Assembly (NCBI GenBank): GCA_903847465.1 | Contig: CAINDQ010000146.1 | Location: 1-37,251, forward strand | Source of the DNA: an uncultured Candidatus Peregrinibacteria bacterium | Lineage (GTDB): Bacteria > Patescibacteriota > Gracilibacteria > UBA1369 > LOWO2-01-FULL-3 | Reading direction: 5' to 3' | Length of the DNA: 37,251 nucleotides | Shown: in pieces, positions 25,328-35,125 of the stretch | How positions within the stretch are numbered: position 1 is the first letter of the stretch | Layout: each line of letters opens with the position of its first letter | Position numbers and translations under genes: made by a program | Notes under the pieces: generated by a model | What the model saw: only the letters and a program-made list of their open reading frames with translations | Database searches by the model: none | Told to the model about the DNA's origin: nothing

Positions 25328-28072
25328 ATGTTAGTTTCCTTAAATTGGTTAAAAGATTTCGTTGATATAAATGTGAATTCTGAAAAGAGTTTCTTCAACA
25401 AGGTTGTCGTAGGGTTTGTTGAGAAAATGGATAAACATCCAAACGCAGACAGATTGAATGTTGCTGAAGTAAATATTGGCAATGAAACAGTACAAATAGT
25501 TTGCGGAGGAGTAAATTTAAAAGAAAAAGTTTATGTGGCGGTCGCCCTCCCAGGCTCAGTCCTTCCTGGAAATTTTGAAATTAAAAAATCTGTTATCCGT
25601 GGAATAGAATCAAATGGAATGATCTGTCATTTGTCAGAATTAGGTTTGGCCGAAGATGACGGAAAACACGAAATCAGCATCATTGCAAAAACTACTCCCG
25701 GCACTCCATTCGTAAAAACACTGAAAGTAAAAGGAATGAGTCCGGAAGAATTACAGGAGTTACTCACTATAAAAACCGCCGAGGTTGAAAAAATAGAAAG
25801 AGAAGACAAGCATCTTCAACACGTAGTAACTGGCAAACTCATTGATTTTGAAAAAATTCCAAACACAAAATTTCACCACAAAGGATCTATCGATATTGGT
25901 GGAAAAATAATTCAACTAGTCTTTGGATCTGTTCATGTTGCTGAAAAAGGCTGGATTTTGCCTATTGCTTTACCAGGCGCTAAATTGCCTGGCGGAGAAA
26001 TCAAGGAAGCCAAAATTCAAGGTGTCCTTTCTCAAGGTATGATTTGTGCTGATGACGAACTCGGTATTCAAAATAGCCCAAGTGGTCTTACTGTTTTCCC
26101 AGAAGGCACTCCTCTTGGCAAACCTATCTCGGAAATTTTAAAATTGGATGACACTATTATTGAATTCGACAATAAATCTTTGACACATCGCCCTGACCTT
26201 TGGGGCCATTATGGAATCGCCAGAGAAATCGCCGCATTAACAGATACAAAACTAAAACCATATGCTCCGAAAGTCGTCATTCCAAAAAACGGAGAATCGG
26301 CAAAAGTAGAAGTAAAAGATTTTGATTTATGCAAAAGATTTTGCTCTTTGGTTATAAACAATATCAAGGTTGAAGAATCCCCTCTTTGGATGAAGAAGCG
26401 CTTAAAAGCGACCGGACATGGTGCGCACAACAATATCGTTGACGTCACGAATTACGTAATGACCGAGCTTGGACAGCCAATGCACGCCTTCGACAAAGAA
26501 TATATAAAGAAAGGTATTGTGGTTCGCAGAGCCCAAAAAGGCGAAAAAATCACTTCCTTGGATGGCAAAGAAAGAATTTTGACCGAAGAAATGGGTGTTG
26601 TCGCTGATCACGAAAGAGCTGTTGCTGTTGCCGGAATAATTGGCGGAGAAAATAGTGAAATAAACGAAAAAACAACTTCGATTATTCTCGAAGCCGCAAC
26701 CTGGAACCCTTCGATTATCAGAAGAACTTCGACAAAATTAGGCATTCGCACAGAAGCCGTTCAAAGGTTTGAGAAATCCCTAGATCCAGCTTGGGGAGAA
26801 TTGGCAATTCTAAAAGCTGCTGAATTAATTCTAAAACTATGTCCGTCCGCAAAAATTGCCGGACCAATGACTGATATAAAAAAATCTACAGATAAGCCGG
26901 TGATTATCGCCTTCGACACAAATAAAGCCCAATCAAAAATTGGCACAGAGATAAGCCAACTCGAAATGAAAAAGATTTTGGAAAAACTCGAATTCAAGGC
27001 AACCGTAAAAAGCAAAGGTGTCCTCACTGTCGAAGTCCCAAGTTTTAGAGCAACTAAAGATGTTCATAACGAAAATGATCTCGTGGAAGAAATTGCCAGA
27101 ATGTATGGCTACGATAATATTCCAGTTCTCCTTCCAACTCTTCCCACAAAACTTCCGATCGAAAACCTTGAGCGTTTCAAAAAACATCGCACTCGTGAAT
27201 TATTCTCATACGCACTTGGTTTTGATGAAATATACAACTACTCATTTTATGGCTTAAAAGAGTTGAAAAATTGTGGCATGCTCGAAACCAACCACATTAA
27301 ATTATTAAATTATTTATCCGAAGAACAAACTCATCTTCGCATTTCCTTAATTCCAAATTTAATAAAAAATCTTCAACTCAACGCTAAATATTTAGACGCT
27401 GTAAAAATTTACGAGATCGGCCGAACATACCAAGAAATAGGTCAGTTCATGCCTCTTGAAGAAAAGAAAATTGGCGGAGCTATTCTTTCCAAAGGAAAAT
27501 CAGACCAACCATTTTACGAAGCAAAAGGAGCAGCTGAGTCCTTCTTCCAAAAATTCAATATCACAGTCGCTGTCGCAAAAGGCATCACGGATCTTCCTTA
27601 TGCTCATCCGATAAAATCCGTTTCCTATCTTGCGACAAACGGCGAAACTTTGGCAAAAGTTTTCATGCTCCACCCTGGAGTCGTAAAAAATCATGACTTA
27701 GAAAAATACTCCATCGCTATGTTTGAAATAAATTTCAGCGAAGCTTTGAAGTTTGAAAAAGTAGAGAAGTTTTGCAAAAAACTCCCTCGCTTCCCAAATA
27801 TAGAAATAGACATCTCTGTCTTAATCGAAAACACCGTTGAGGTAGAAACAATCAAAAAAGCCATCCTCGATTCAGACAAAACCCTCGTAAAATCAGCCGA
27901 ATTATTTGATATTTATGAAGGCTCTAATTTGGAAAAAAACAAAAAAGCGATCGCCTACAAAGTCACTCTCCAGTCTGACGAAAAAACTCTCACCGACGAA
28001 GAAATGGCTCAAGTTCAACAAAAAATCTTCTCAAATTTAGAAAAACTCGGGGGCACAATAAGAGGTAAATAA
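25328..28072 (+). CDS. pheT: Phenylalanine-tRNA ligase beta subunit with duplicated OB-fold
   Basis: MLVSLNWL, RPDLWGHYGIARE, NNIVDVTNY, DLVEEIARMYGY and C-terminal FDX-ACB domain; 914 aa. Confidence 0.98.
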   Translation: MLVSLNWLKDFVDINVNSEKSFFNKVVVGFVEKMDKHPNADRLNVAEVNIGNETVQIVCGGVNLKEKVYVAVALPGSVLPGNFEIKKSVIRGIESNGMICHLSELGLAEDDGKHEISIIAKTTPGTPFVKTLKVKGMSPEELQELLTIKTAEVEKIEREDKHLQHVVTGKLIDFEKIPNTKFHHKGSIDIGGKIIQLVFGSVHVAEKGWILPIALPGAKLPGGEIKEAKIQGVLSQGMICADDELGIQNSPSGLTVFPEGTPLGKPISEILKLDDTIIEFDNKSLTHRPDLWGHYGIAREIAALTDTKLKPYAPKVVIPKNGESAKVEVKDFDLCKRFCSLVINNIKVEESPLWMKKRLKATGHGAHNNIVDVTNYVMTELGQPMHAFDKEYIKKGIVVRRAQKGEKITSLDGKERILTEEMGVVADHERAVAVAGIIGGENSEINEKTTSIILEAATWNPSIIRRTSTKLGIRTEAVQRFEKSLDPAWGELAILKAAELILKLCPSAKIAGPMTDIKKSTDKPVIIAFDTNKAQSKIGTEISQLEMKKILEKLEFKATVKSKGVLTVEVPSFRATKDVHNENDLVEEIARMYGYDNIPVLLPTLPTKLPIENLERFKKHRTRELFSYALGFDEIYNYSFYGLKELKNCGMLETNHIKLLNYLSEEQTHLRISLIPNLIKNLQLNAKYLDAVKIYEIGRTYQEIGQFMPLEEKKIGGAILSKGKSDQPFYEAKGAAESFFQKFNITVAVAKGITDLPYAHPIKSVSYLATNGETLAKVFMLHPGVVKNHDLEKYSIAMFEINFSEALKFEKVEKFCKKLPRFPNIEIDISVLIENTVEVETIKKAILDSDKTLVKSAELFDIYEGSNLEKNKKAIAYKVTLQSDEKTLTDEEMAQVQQKIFSNLEKLGGTIRGK

Positions 28073-28076
28073 AAAA

Positions 28077-30254
28077 CTACTTTCCCTCATCGGCTCCTTC
28101 GCCACCAATTTTTGGCAATTCTATTTCTCCCAAAATGGCAATTCTGTTGCCAGGAGTTGGAGGCATCAACAACGGTGATCCACTATCCAGATCGTCAATC
28201 AATTTTAATTCAATCCCTAGAGTATCTTTTAACATCGCCTGAACAGATAAAATTTCACCTGCCTCTCGAGATGCTCTTGTCGACTGATAAGCCTCGGAGA
28301 CATCTTCTTCGTCAAAAGACGGGGTATGATATTCAATAACGGTATTTGCTAAGCGGCTTCTACACAAACCAATCGTCTCTCCCGCATCTTCGTCTGCTTT
28401 GCCCTCGACATAAGAATCCGGAATCAAACTTGCTATTACTAATTTCCTCACGTCTTGTGGGGAGAAAGGTAAATTATCCACATTTATTTCGGTAGCTAAA
28501 GCTATGCTTTTTAAATGCCTCTCTAATCTAAGAACTACCTGTTTATAATCCTTGGGAGCCAATTGTTTAAACGGATAAACGTCGCGGAGCTTGCATATTC
28601 TATCTGGTAATTCAACGTAACCGCTTGGCATCCTTACGGATCTTGGTTTCGCATAATGCCTCATTCTCTCCATAAGATCGCGAGGCTCAGTCAACAAGGC
28701 TTCACTAAACTCCTGACCTGTAACACCTAAGTCAACTTTTTTCCATGGGTTTGGCGAGACAGGATCGCCGGGAGTCCCCATTGGGGCAAGAGTATCATTG
28801 TAGGTACGGTCTGGTCGATCAAGCTGCACTTCGAGAGTCCCGTCCACCAAAATTCTACCACGATTTACCCTTGGTACAGCTTCTGGGAATTCTGTTCTCA
28901 AAAATTCTGTATCTGGAATAACCGGACAAGGAGAAACGCGATCAAATTCAAGATTTCTCGCCGCTCTACCAATATTCGCATACAAACGAGGTTGCTCAAC
29001 CGTTCCTCTTAATTTATCCAAAACCCAATTTTCGAATTTGTAATCCTGTTTTAAAATTTTTAGAGTTCTGTCCCATATTTCAAAAGCTATTCCTTTATAC
29101 ACCAAACTGTCAGGATTGTTGTCCCCTTGTATAGAAATTGCTACCCTTTTGCCAAGTTTCAATGCCGGAAGCAATTCAGCTAGTGTGGCCGCACAAGATC
29201 GCGCACTCATCTCTACGACCGAGTTCCTCAAAGCATCCCTTTTTTCCGAATAAGACCTAAGAATTTTGTCTTCTGGGGTTAAAGTTTCCTCTATCTCCGC
29301 CCCCGTCAAACCAGCCTTTTCGCCATCAGTTATCTTGCATTTCATTCTAACAATAAGCCCTTCTTTAATTCTTTTTAAACGAGCATCCCAAACGCTCTGC
29401 GGCTCAGCCAGTCTTTGTTCGGGAGTGGTCAACCCTTCGTCTTTTTGCTTCTTTTGGCCCACATGCTGAAGCAGTCCATTTGGCCCAACAATTTTTTCTT
29501 GATATTCAGGGCTATTCTCTACCGCTCTGAGCTCTCCGAGAAGTTCTTTCGCTTTAATTCCAAAAAGACCTTTGGCTCTTGCCGAATCCACAGACAAAAC
29601 AAATAATGGAATAACATCTAATATCATCAACTCGTTTATTTTTCTTATTCTCTTTAATTGAGCAGAACTTACTTGCCATTCACCATTCCCTGTTTTTTCG
29701 AATCGAGATTCTCTCTGTGTCGAAACACCAACCTCTTCCGAAGCTTTAGGAACTTTGGAAGCCCTAACCCCATGACTAATACCAACCAACCTAGACCTTC
29801 CCTCGGTCAATTCGCAAAGCTTCTCGGCGGCTTCTGTAAAAATTCCCACATCCACCGGTTCCTTATCAACACCTGTCGTCATATATCTTCTAAATAGATC
29901 CACTAACCTTATTCGCACACTGCGACGTGCGTCAAAAATTTCCTGAGTAATATTCGCCTCAAATCTTTCTATCGTAAGAGAGTATATTTCCGAACAGTCT
30001 CCCTCGAAAGCACCACAACTAATACACCCGTTTCTACATCCTTTTCCTATTTCCACCATGTCTATGTAAGTCGTATCAGGCACTAAACTTGCATTAACAG
30101 GCACCCCCGCCGAAGCCTCAGTCTGAGACTCAGCAACAACCTGAGCGCCTCCAGGCCTATTTGAGCCCTCTGCCGGAAACGCAGAATCACCACCAATTTC
30201 AGCTGGTTTTACAACGCCCTGATTCCCAATTTCTGGTCCTTGACCTGAGCCCAC
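28077..30254 (-). CDS. Large divergent radical SAM-like protein
   Basis: 725 aa, GTG start; VEIGKGCRNGCISCG is CxxxCxxC; TGVDKEP at the GGEP position; LSVDS strand; NIGRA. Confidence 0.7.
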   Translation of the reverse strand: MGSGQGPEIGNQGVVKPAEIGGDSAFPAEGSNRPGGAQVVAESQTEASAGVPVNASLVPDTTYIDMVEIGKGCRNGCISCGAFEGDCSEIYSLTIERFEANITQEIFDARRSVRIRLVDLFRRYMTTGVDKEPVDVGIFTEAAEKLCELTEGRSRLVGISHGVRASKVPKASEEVGVSTQRESRFEKTGNGEWQVSSAQLKRIRKINELMILDVIPLFVLSVDSARAKGLFGIKAKELLGELRAVENSPEYQEKIVGPNGLLQHVGQKKQKDEGLTTPEQRLAEPQSVWDARLKRIKEGLIVRMKCKITDGEKAGLTGAEIEETLTPEDKILRSYSEKRDALRNSVVEMSARSCAATLAELLPALKLGKRVAISIQGDNNPDSLVYKGIAFEIWDRTLKILKQDYKFENWVLDKLRGTVEQPRLYANIGRAARNLEFDRVSPCPVIPDTEFLRTEFPEAVPRVNRGRILVDGTLEVQLDRPDRTYNDTLAPMGTPGDPVSPNPWKKVDLGVTGQEFSEALLTEPRDLMERMRHYAKPRSVRMPSGYVELPDRICKLRDVYPFKQLAPKDYKQVVLRLERHLKSIALATEINVDNLPFSPQDVRKLVIASLIPDSYVEGKADEDAGETIGLCRSRLANTVIEYHTPSFDEEDVSEAYQSTRASREAGEILSVQAMLKDTLGIELKLIDDLDSGSPLLMPPTPGNRIAILGEIELPKIGGEGADEGK

Positions 30255-30289
30255 AGGCTAGATTTGTTAGTTGACTTATAAGGTAGGAG

Positions 30290-30319
30290 ATTATAGAACA
30301 CCCATTCCTTATCCGTCAA
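30290..30319 (-). promoter_or_regulatory. Putative promoter for 28077-30254
   Basis: TTGACG-18 bp-TATAAT on the minus strand. Confidence 0.55.
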
Positions 30320-30344
30320 GGCATTCTACAGCCAAAACCCCTCT

Positions 30345-32252
30345 ATGGTTCATACGCACGAAACCCCTCTTTTCTTGACAAAAAATCAGAAAACTTCGAT
30401 GATGAATTGGGCTTTACGTAAAATTATGGGAAATTTGCTGTCCAAAATAGATGCGGAGCTGCTTCAGTTCGTTGGCGAAACGGATTTTGAAATATTGAAA
30501 GATTTGTCCACCGCAGACAAGGAGATGATTATAAAATCAGCTCCAACAATCGCTCTCGCAAATTCTACCGAGCAGTTCTTTTGGCTTGGAGATAAGGATC
30601 ACAACACTATTTACATCAATGATGTTTATCGCAAAATGACCGGCTATACTCTGGAAGAAATGGTCACCGGTAAATACAAAAGCGACCACGCCTTCACTAA
30701 AAAAAGTCAGCAAATCATCGCAAAACATCACAAACTTCGAACCAAAGGTCTTTCCTCTCAGTATGAAGCTGACGTCTTAACCAAAGATGGCAAACTCATT
30801 CCTGTCATAATCCATGGGGTGCCAACAGAAAGTGGTGGCACGATTGGACTTTTCAGTAATTTGCTGGTCATGGACAAGCTAGATCGCCAAGATCAGCTTT
30901 TATTAGACATTATAGGCTACGAAGACTTTAAAGTGATCAAAAAGCACACTAAAAAAGATGACCAAGAACAAATCGTTGAAGTCGCCAACACTATCAGAAT
31001 CGCAAACGCCATGAATCAGGCTTGTTGGCTTGGAAACAATCGTCATGAAACAATTTATTGCAATCACGTCTATCGCGAATTAACCGAATATTCTCTCGAG
31101 GAATGCTTAGGACAACAAAGCGACTTCTGTTTTGACGAAGAAAGTAAAAAAAGCATAGCGGAGCATCACAAACTCAGAACAAAAGGAGTTTCTTCTCAAT
31201 ACGAAGCCTCTTATGTCAGTAAAACAGGTAAAAAAATACCAGTTTTGGTTATTGGCTCCCCTACTAGAACGGGTGGTACCTTTGGGATCCACGTCAATAT
31301 GACGGAAATTAAAGAGTTATCGACCAATAAGCAAATTACTGATCAAATCATCCGTAATTCTTACGAAGCGATTGTTGTTTTGGATAAAAATCAACATATC
31401 AAACTTTGGAACCAAGGAGCCGCCAGAATTTTTGGATACGAAGAAGAGGAGGTTTTGAACAAAAGTATTAACGTGGTAATTCCAAACAATAAAATGGAGG
31501 AAAGCGACGACTTGATAGACATGGTGACAGAAAAAAAATTCATTAGGAATATTGAAACCCAAAGGTTAACAAAAACCAATCAGTTGATAGACGTTTCCAT
31601 TTCGCTCACAAAAGTTATCAGCCAAAATAATAAATTTATCGGATACTTGGTTATTTATCGCGACATTTCTCAGCAGAAAAAAACCAATGTTGAATTGCAA
31701 AAACGTTTCGAAACCATCCAAGACGCCTACAAAGAACTTGGCTTACAAAAGCGCCAAATCGACTACCTTTACGAGATTTCCAACGCTGCCGCGTCCTCTG
31801 CCTCATTATCTTCTCTCTCAAATCTTATCGTCAGCGCCGTCTGTATGCTTACGAAATGTGACGGCACAGTACTCCGCTTGTTCGATCCAAAAAAATCTTC
31901 TCTAGTTCTAGAATCATGCATCGGCGTCAGTCAAAAATGGCTCACCAAAAATCAGATTCCTTTTGAGAATAGTTTGGGTGAAGAGTCCGTCCACACCGGT
32001 CGCCCACTCCTCATCGACAACATCCAATCTTCTCAAAAACACAAAGGGGTAAAGCTTTTAAAACAACACAAATTTACGACCCTGATTCTTCTTCCACTCC
32101 TCCTCCCAGGAAAAATTATTGGCACAATCAGTCTGTATTCCACCGACCCTGCTAAATTCCGATTTATCGAAACCGATTTCTTGGAAAACTTTGCAAAACA
32201 ATGTGCCCTCGCTCTCTACGTAAAAACCTTGACAGAAAGCGCAAAGAAATAA
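30345..32252 (+). CDS. PAS-PAS-PAS-GAF sensor protein with no output domain (start may be 30399 or 30426)
   Basis: PAS signatures IYINDVYRKMTGYTLEE, IYCNHVYRELTEYSLEE, LWNQGAARIFGYEEEEV...RDISQQK; coiled coil; terminal GAF (LLPL..GKIIGTISLY...FLENFAKQCALAL). Confidence 0.9.
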   Translation: MVHTHETPLFLTKNQKTSMMNWALRKIMGNLLSKIDAELLQFVGETDFEILKDLSTADKEMIIKSAPTIALANSTEQFFWLGDKDHNTIYINDVYRKMTGYTLEEMVTGKYKSDHAFTKKSQQIIAKHHKLRTKGLSSQYEADVLTKDGKLIPVIIHGVPTESGGTIGLFSNLLVMDKLDRQDQLLLDIIGYEDFKVIKKHTKKDDQEQIVEVANTIRIANAMNQACWLGNNRHETIYCNHVYRELTEYSLEECLGQQSDFCFDEESKKSIAEHHKLRTKGVSSQYEASYVSKTGKKIPVLVIGSPTRTGGTFGIHVNMTEIKELSTNKQITDQIIRNSYEAIVVLDKNQHIKLWNQGAARIFGYEEEEVLNKSINVVIPNNKMEESDDLIDMVTEKKFIRNIETQRLTKTNQLIDVSISLTKVISQNNKFIGYLVIYRDISQQKKTNVELQKRFETIQDAYKELGLQKRQIDYLYEISNAAASSASLSSLSNLIVSAVCMLTKCDGTVLRLFDPKKSSLVLESCIGVSQKWLTKNQIPFENSLGEESVHTGRPLLIDNIQSSQKHKGVKLLKQHKFTTLILLPLLLPGKIIGTISLYSTDPAKFRFIETDFLENFAKQCALALYVKTLTESAKK

Positions 32253-32337
32253 CGCCAATTTCGCTTCCAGCCTTTACCAAATCGCTTTTTTTTAGTATGA
32301 TCAGATTCGCAAATTAACCAAAAAAACCATAAACATC

Positions 32338-35052
32338 ATGTTGTTAAAAAAATTTCTTCCACATAAGGAATCTGGACTGTTTAAAAAAGTACTTAACTGG
32401 GCTGTTATTGGCCTAGTTGGACTTATGCTTTTTAGTTTTATTTTTGGAATTGGAGCGGTTGCCATTTTATCTATAGGCCTCCCTGACGTTTCCAATATCG
32501 AAGCTCTTACCGCCGCCCAATCTACTCAAATTTTCGATCGTGATGGCGGACTTATTTATACGATTCACGGCTCCGAAAATAGAGAGTTTGTCGCCTATGA
32601 TCAAATCTCTACAAGCTTGGTAAACGCTACAGTTTCTATTGAAGATGACAAGTTTTGGCAACATGGAGGCTTCGACATTTTTGCTCTCGGAAAAGCGGCT
32701 TTGCACGAAGTTTTTGGTATCGGCGCACAACGTGGAGGCTCAACGATTACTCAGCAATATATCAAGAATACTTTTCTTTCACCTGAACGAAGTTATTTGA
32801 GAAAAATCAAGGAACTTATTCTTGCTGTCAGACTCGAAAATGCCTATTCAAAACAACAAATTTTGGAACTTTATTTGAACCGAATCCCTTACGGAAACAA
32901 TGCTTTTGGTAGCCAAAAAGCGGCTCAAATTTATTTTGGAAAAACTGCAAAAGATTTGGACTTGGCGGAAAGCGCCATCTTGGCCTCCCTTCCTCAAGCC
33001 CCAAGTTTTTACAATCCTTACGGTGAAAATAAAAGCTCTCATTTACTAAAAGAATTTTCTCAAAACGAAATTTTTTATCGAAAAATTAGCAGCGAAGCGG
33101 ATCTCGAGGCAAGCGAATATGTTCGTGGATTAATAGGCAAACATGTTCAAATTTCCGCAGACAAAGAAATCTATCTGCAAGGCCGTACCGACCTAGTTTT
33201 GAAACGCATGTACGAACTTGGCTACATCACCACAGAACAAAGACAGCAGGCCTTAAACGAACTCCAGTTAACCACTTTCAACGAATACCACGAGTCTATA
33301 AAGGCTCCGCATTTCGTTTTCTATATCAAGCAAATTCTCGAAGACAAATATGGCAAAGATATTGTTGAACGCGGAGGTTTGAAAGTTTACACAACCTTGG
33401 ATCCAAAACTTCAAGAATATTCCGAACAAGTCATTGATGCGCAAGGAGAAAATACTCAAACAAAATATAAAACCAACAACGCCGCCGCAATGACCATCGA
33501 CACAAAAACAGGTCAAATTTTGGCGATGGTTGGTTCCAGAGATTACTTTAACGAAGACATTGATGGAAACGTAAACGTACTCTTCCGTCCACGCCAACCA
33601 GGTTCTTCTTTCAAGCCGATCGTCTACGCAAGAGCTTTTGAAGAAGGCTACGGCCCAGGAAGCGTAGTCTATGACGTCCCAACAAAAATAGGCGCAGATC
33701 GTCCATCCAATTTTGATGGCAAATGGCTAGGTCAAGTCAACCTCAGAACCGCCCTTGGAAAATCCCGAAACATTCCCGCAATAAAAGCTTATTTCTTAGC
33801 AAAAGAACAAGACTCAATTATAGATTTTGCCGTAAAACTTGGCATAACCGTGCTCGATAAAAGCCGCAGTTATGGCTACCCATTGGCTATCGGCGCAGGA
33901 GAAATTCCGCCTGTGGAAATGCTTACCGCTTATGCTACTTTCGCAAACAATGGCCTTCGTCCTGAAATTTCAGGAATCCTGAAAGTGGTTAATTCCAACG
34001 GAGACATTCTCGAAGAATGGAGACAAAAAGAACTTGTATCCGCTTTGGATCCGCAGATTGCTTATTTAATAAACAGCATTCTTTCTGATCAAAACGCTTC
34101 AGTCGGCCCAGCCTTGTATGTTTCAGGAAAAACTAATGCCGCAAAAACAGGAACAAGTACAAAAGAAAACAAGAAGGACGCTCGCGAACAAGGACAATAT
34201 ACGGTTGCTCCGAGTGACTGTTGGACAATTGGATATACGCCAGAAATTGCCACTGTTGTTTGGGCTGGAAATACAGACGGATCGGGTCTTGGCTACACAG
34301 CTGATGGTTACAATATCGCCGCTCCAATTTTCACAAAAATAATGACCAAGGCTTTGGAAAATATTCCAAACATGCCATTCCCTGAACCAGAAGGAATTAA
34401 GCATATTGAAATTAGCAAAGCTTCGGGCCTTCTTCCTGGACCAGACACTCCTCCGGAGATGATTGTCTCAGAAGTTTTCGCTTCGTCAGGCATTCCAACT
34501 CAACAAGAATCACTTTTTTACAAAGTTAAAATTGATAAAGTTTCTGGAAAATTGGCCACAGAATTTACGCCTCCAGACGCAGTAGAAGAGGTCACTTACC
34601 AAAATTATAGCGATATCGCCGACCTTTTTAACTGGAACCAAGAAATAAAAGATTACTTCTCTTCCTTGGACCCAGCCACTCATCCGGAATTACAACAAGG
34701 CACTGTCCGCTTTGGCGCACCTCCTACAGAATATGACGACGTGCACACCGCTCAAACAGCAAATAATTTACCTTCCATTACAATTACAACCCCTTCCTCT
34801 AATTCTTCCGTCCCAAAAGGACCAACTGAAATAGACATAGAGGTAGAAGCTAAAAATGGCATAAAAGTAGTGGAATATTACTTGGACGACAAAGAAGTCT
34901 ACTCTACTTCAACCGAGCCATACACGGGGCGCATCAATATTTCCAAGTTTTTGGAAGACGGCTCAAGCCACCTAATCGTTGCAAAAATCGTCGATTCTAT
35001 GGGATATAGCGCCCAGTCGGCTATCGAGATCAGAGTGGTGGCAGAAGAGTAG
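32338..35052 (+). CDS. Class A penicillin-binding protein (PBP1A family) with C-terminal Ig-like domain
   Basis: Transglycosylase EDDKF, GGSTITQQ, LYLN; transpeptidase SSFK, SRN, KTGT. Confidence 0.96.
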   Translation: MLLKKFLPHKESGLFKKVLNWAVIGLVGLMLFSFIFGIGAVAILSIGLPDVSNIEALTAAQSTQIFDRDGGLIYTIHGSENREFVAYDQISTSLVNATVSIEDDKFWQHGGFDIFALGKAALHEVFGIGAQRGGSTITQQYIKNTFLSPERSYLRKIKELILAVRLENAYSKQQILELYLNRIPYGNNAFGSQKAAQIYFGKTAKDLDLAESAILASLPQAPSFYNPYGENKSSHLLKEFSQNEIFYRKISSEADLEASEYVRGLIGKHVQISADKEIYLQGRTDLVLKRMYELGYITTEQRQQALNELQLTTFNEYHESIKAPHFVFYIKQILEDKYGKDIVERGGLKVYTTLDPKLQEYSEQVIDAQGENTQTKYKTNNAAAMTIDTKTGQILAMVGSRDYFNEDIDGNVNVLFRPRQPGSSFKPIVYARAFEEGYGPGSVVYDVPTKIGADRPSNFDGKWLGQVNLRTALGKSRNIPAIKAYFLAKEQDSIIDFAVKLGITVLDKSRSYGYPLAIGAGEIPPVEMLTAYATFANNGLRPEISGILKVVNSNGDILEEWRQKELVSALDPQIAYLINSILSDQNASVGPALYVSGKTNAAKTGTSTKENKKDAREQGQYTVAPSDCWTIGYTPEIATVVWAGNTDGSGLGYTADGYNIAAPIFTKIMTKALENIPNMPFPEPEGIKHIEISKASGLLPGPDTPPEMIVSEVFASSGIPTQQESLFYKVKIDKVSGKLATEFTPPDAVEEVTYQNYSDIADLFNWNQEIKDYFSSLDPATHPELQQGTVRFGAPPTEYDDVHTAQTANNLPSITITTPSSNSSVPKGPTEIDIEVEAKNGIKVVEYYLDDKEVYSTSTEPYTGRINISKFLEDGSSHLIVAKIVDSMGYSAQSAIEIRVVAEE

Positions 35053-35087
35053 CCACGAGAGGTAGCGGGCTTGTGAAAATCATTTTT

Positions 35088-35122
35088 GGCGTCTTGCTAA
35101 TGACGCCTTTTTGTGTTAAAAT
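35088..35122 (+). terminator. Terminator after the PBP gene overlapping a promoter for the next gene
   Basis: ggcgtc/gacgcc stem plus TTTTT; overlapping TTGCTA-17 bp-TAAAAT with TGn extension. Confidence 0.5.
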
Positions 35123-35125
35123 GAT

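Noticed and set aside
35053-35075. gagaggtag shared with the 23-bp repeat
   Set aside because: 9-bp match without the hairpin arms; compatible with chance.
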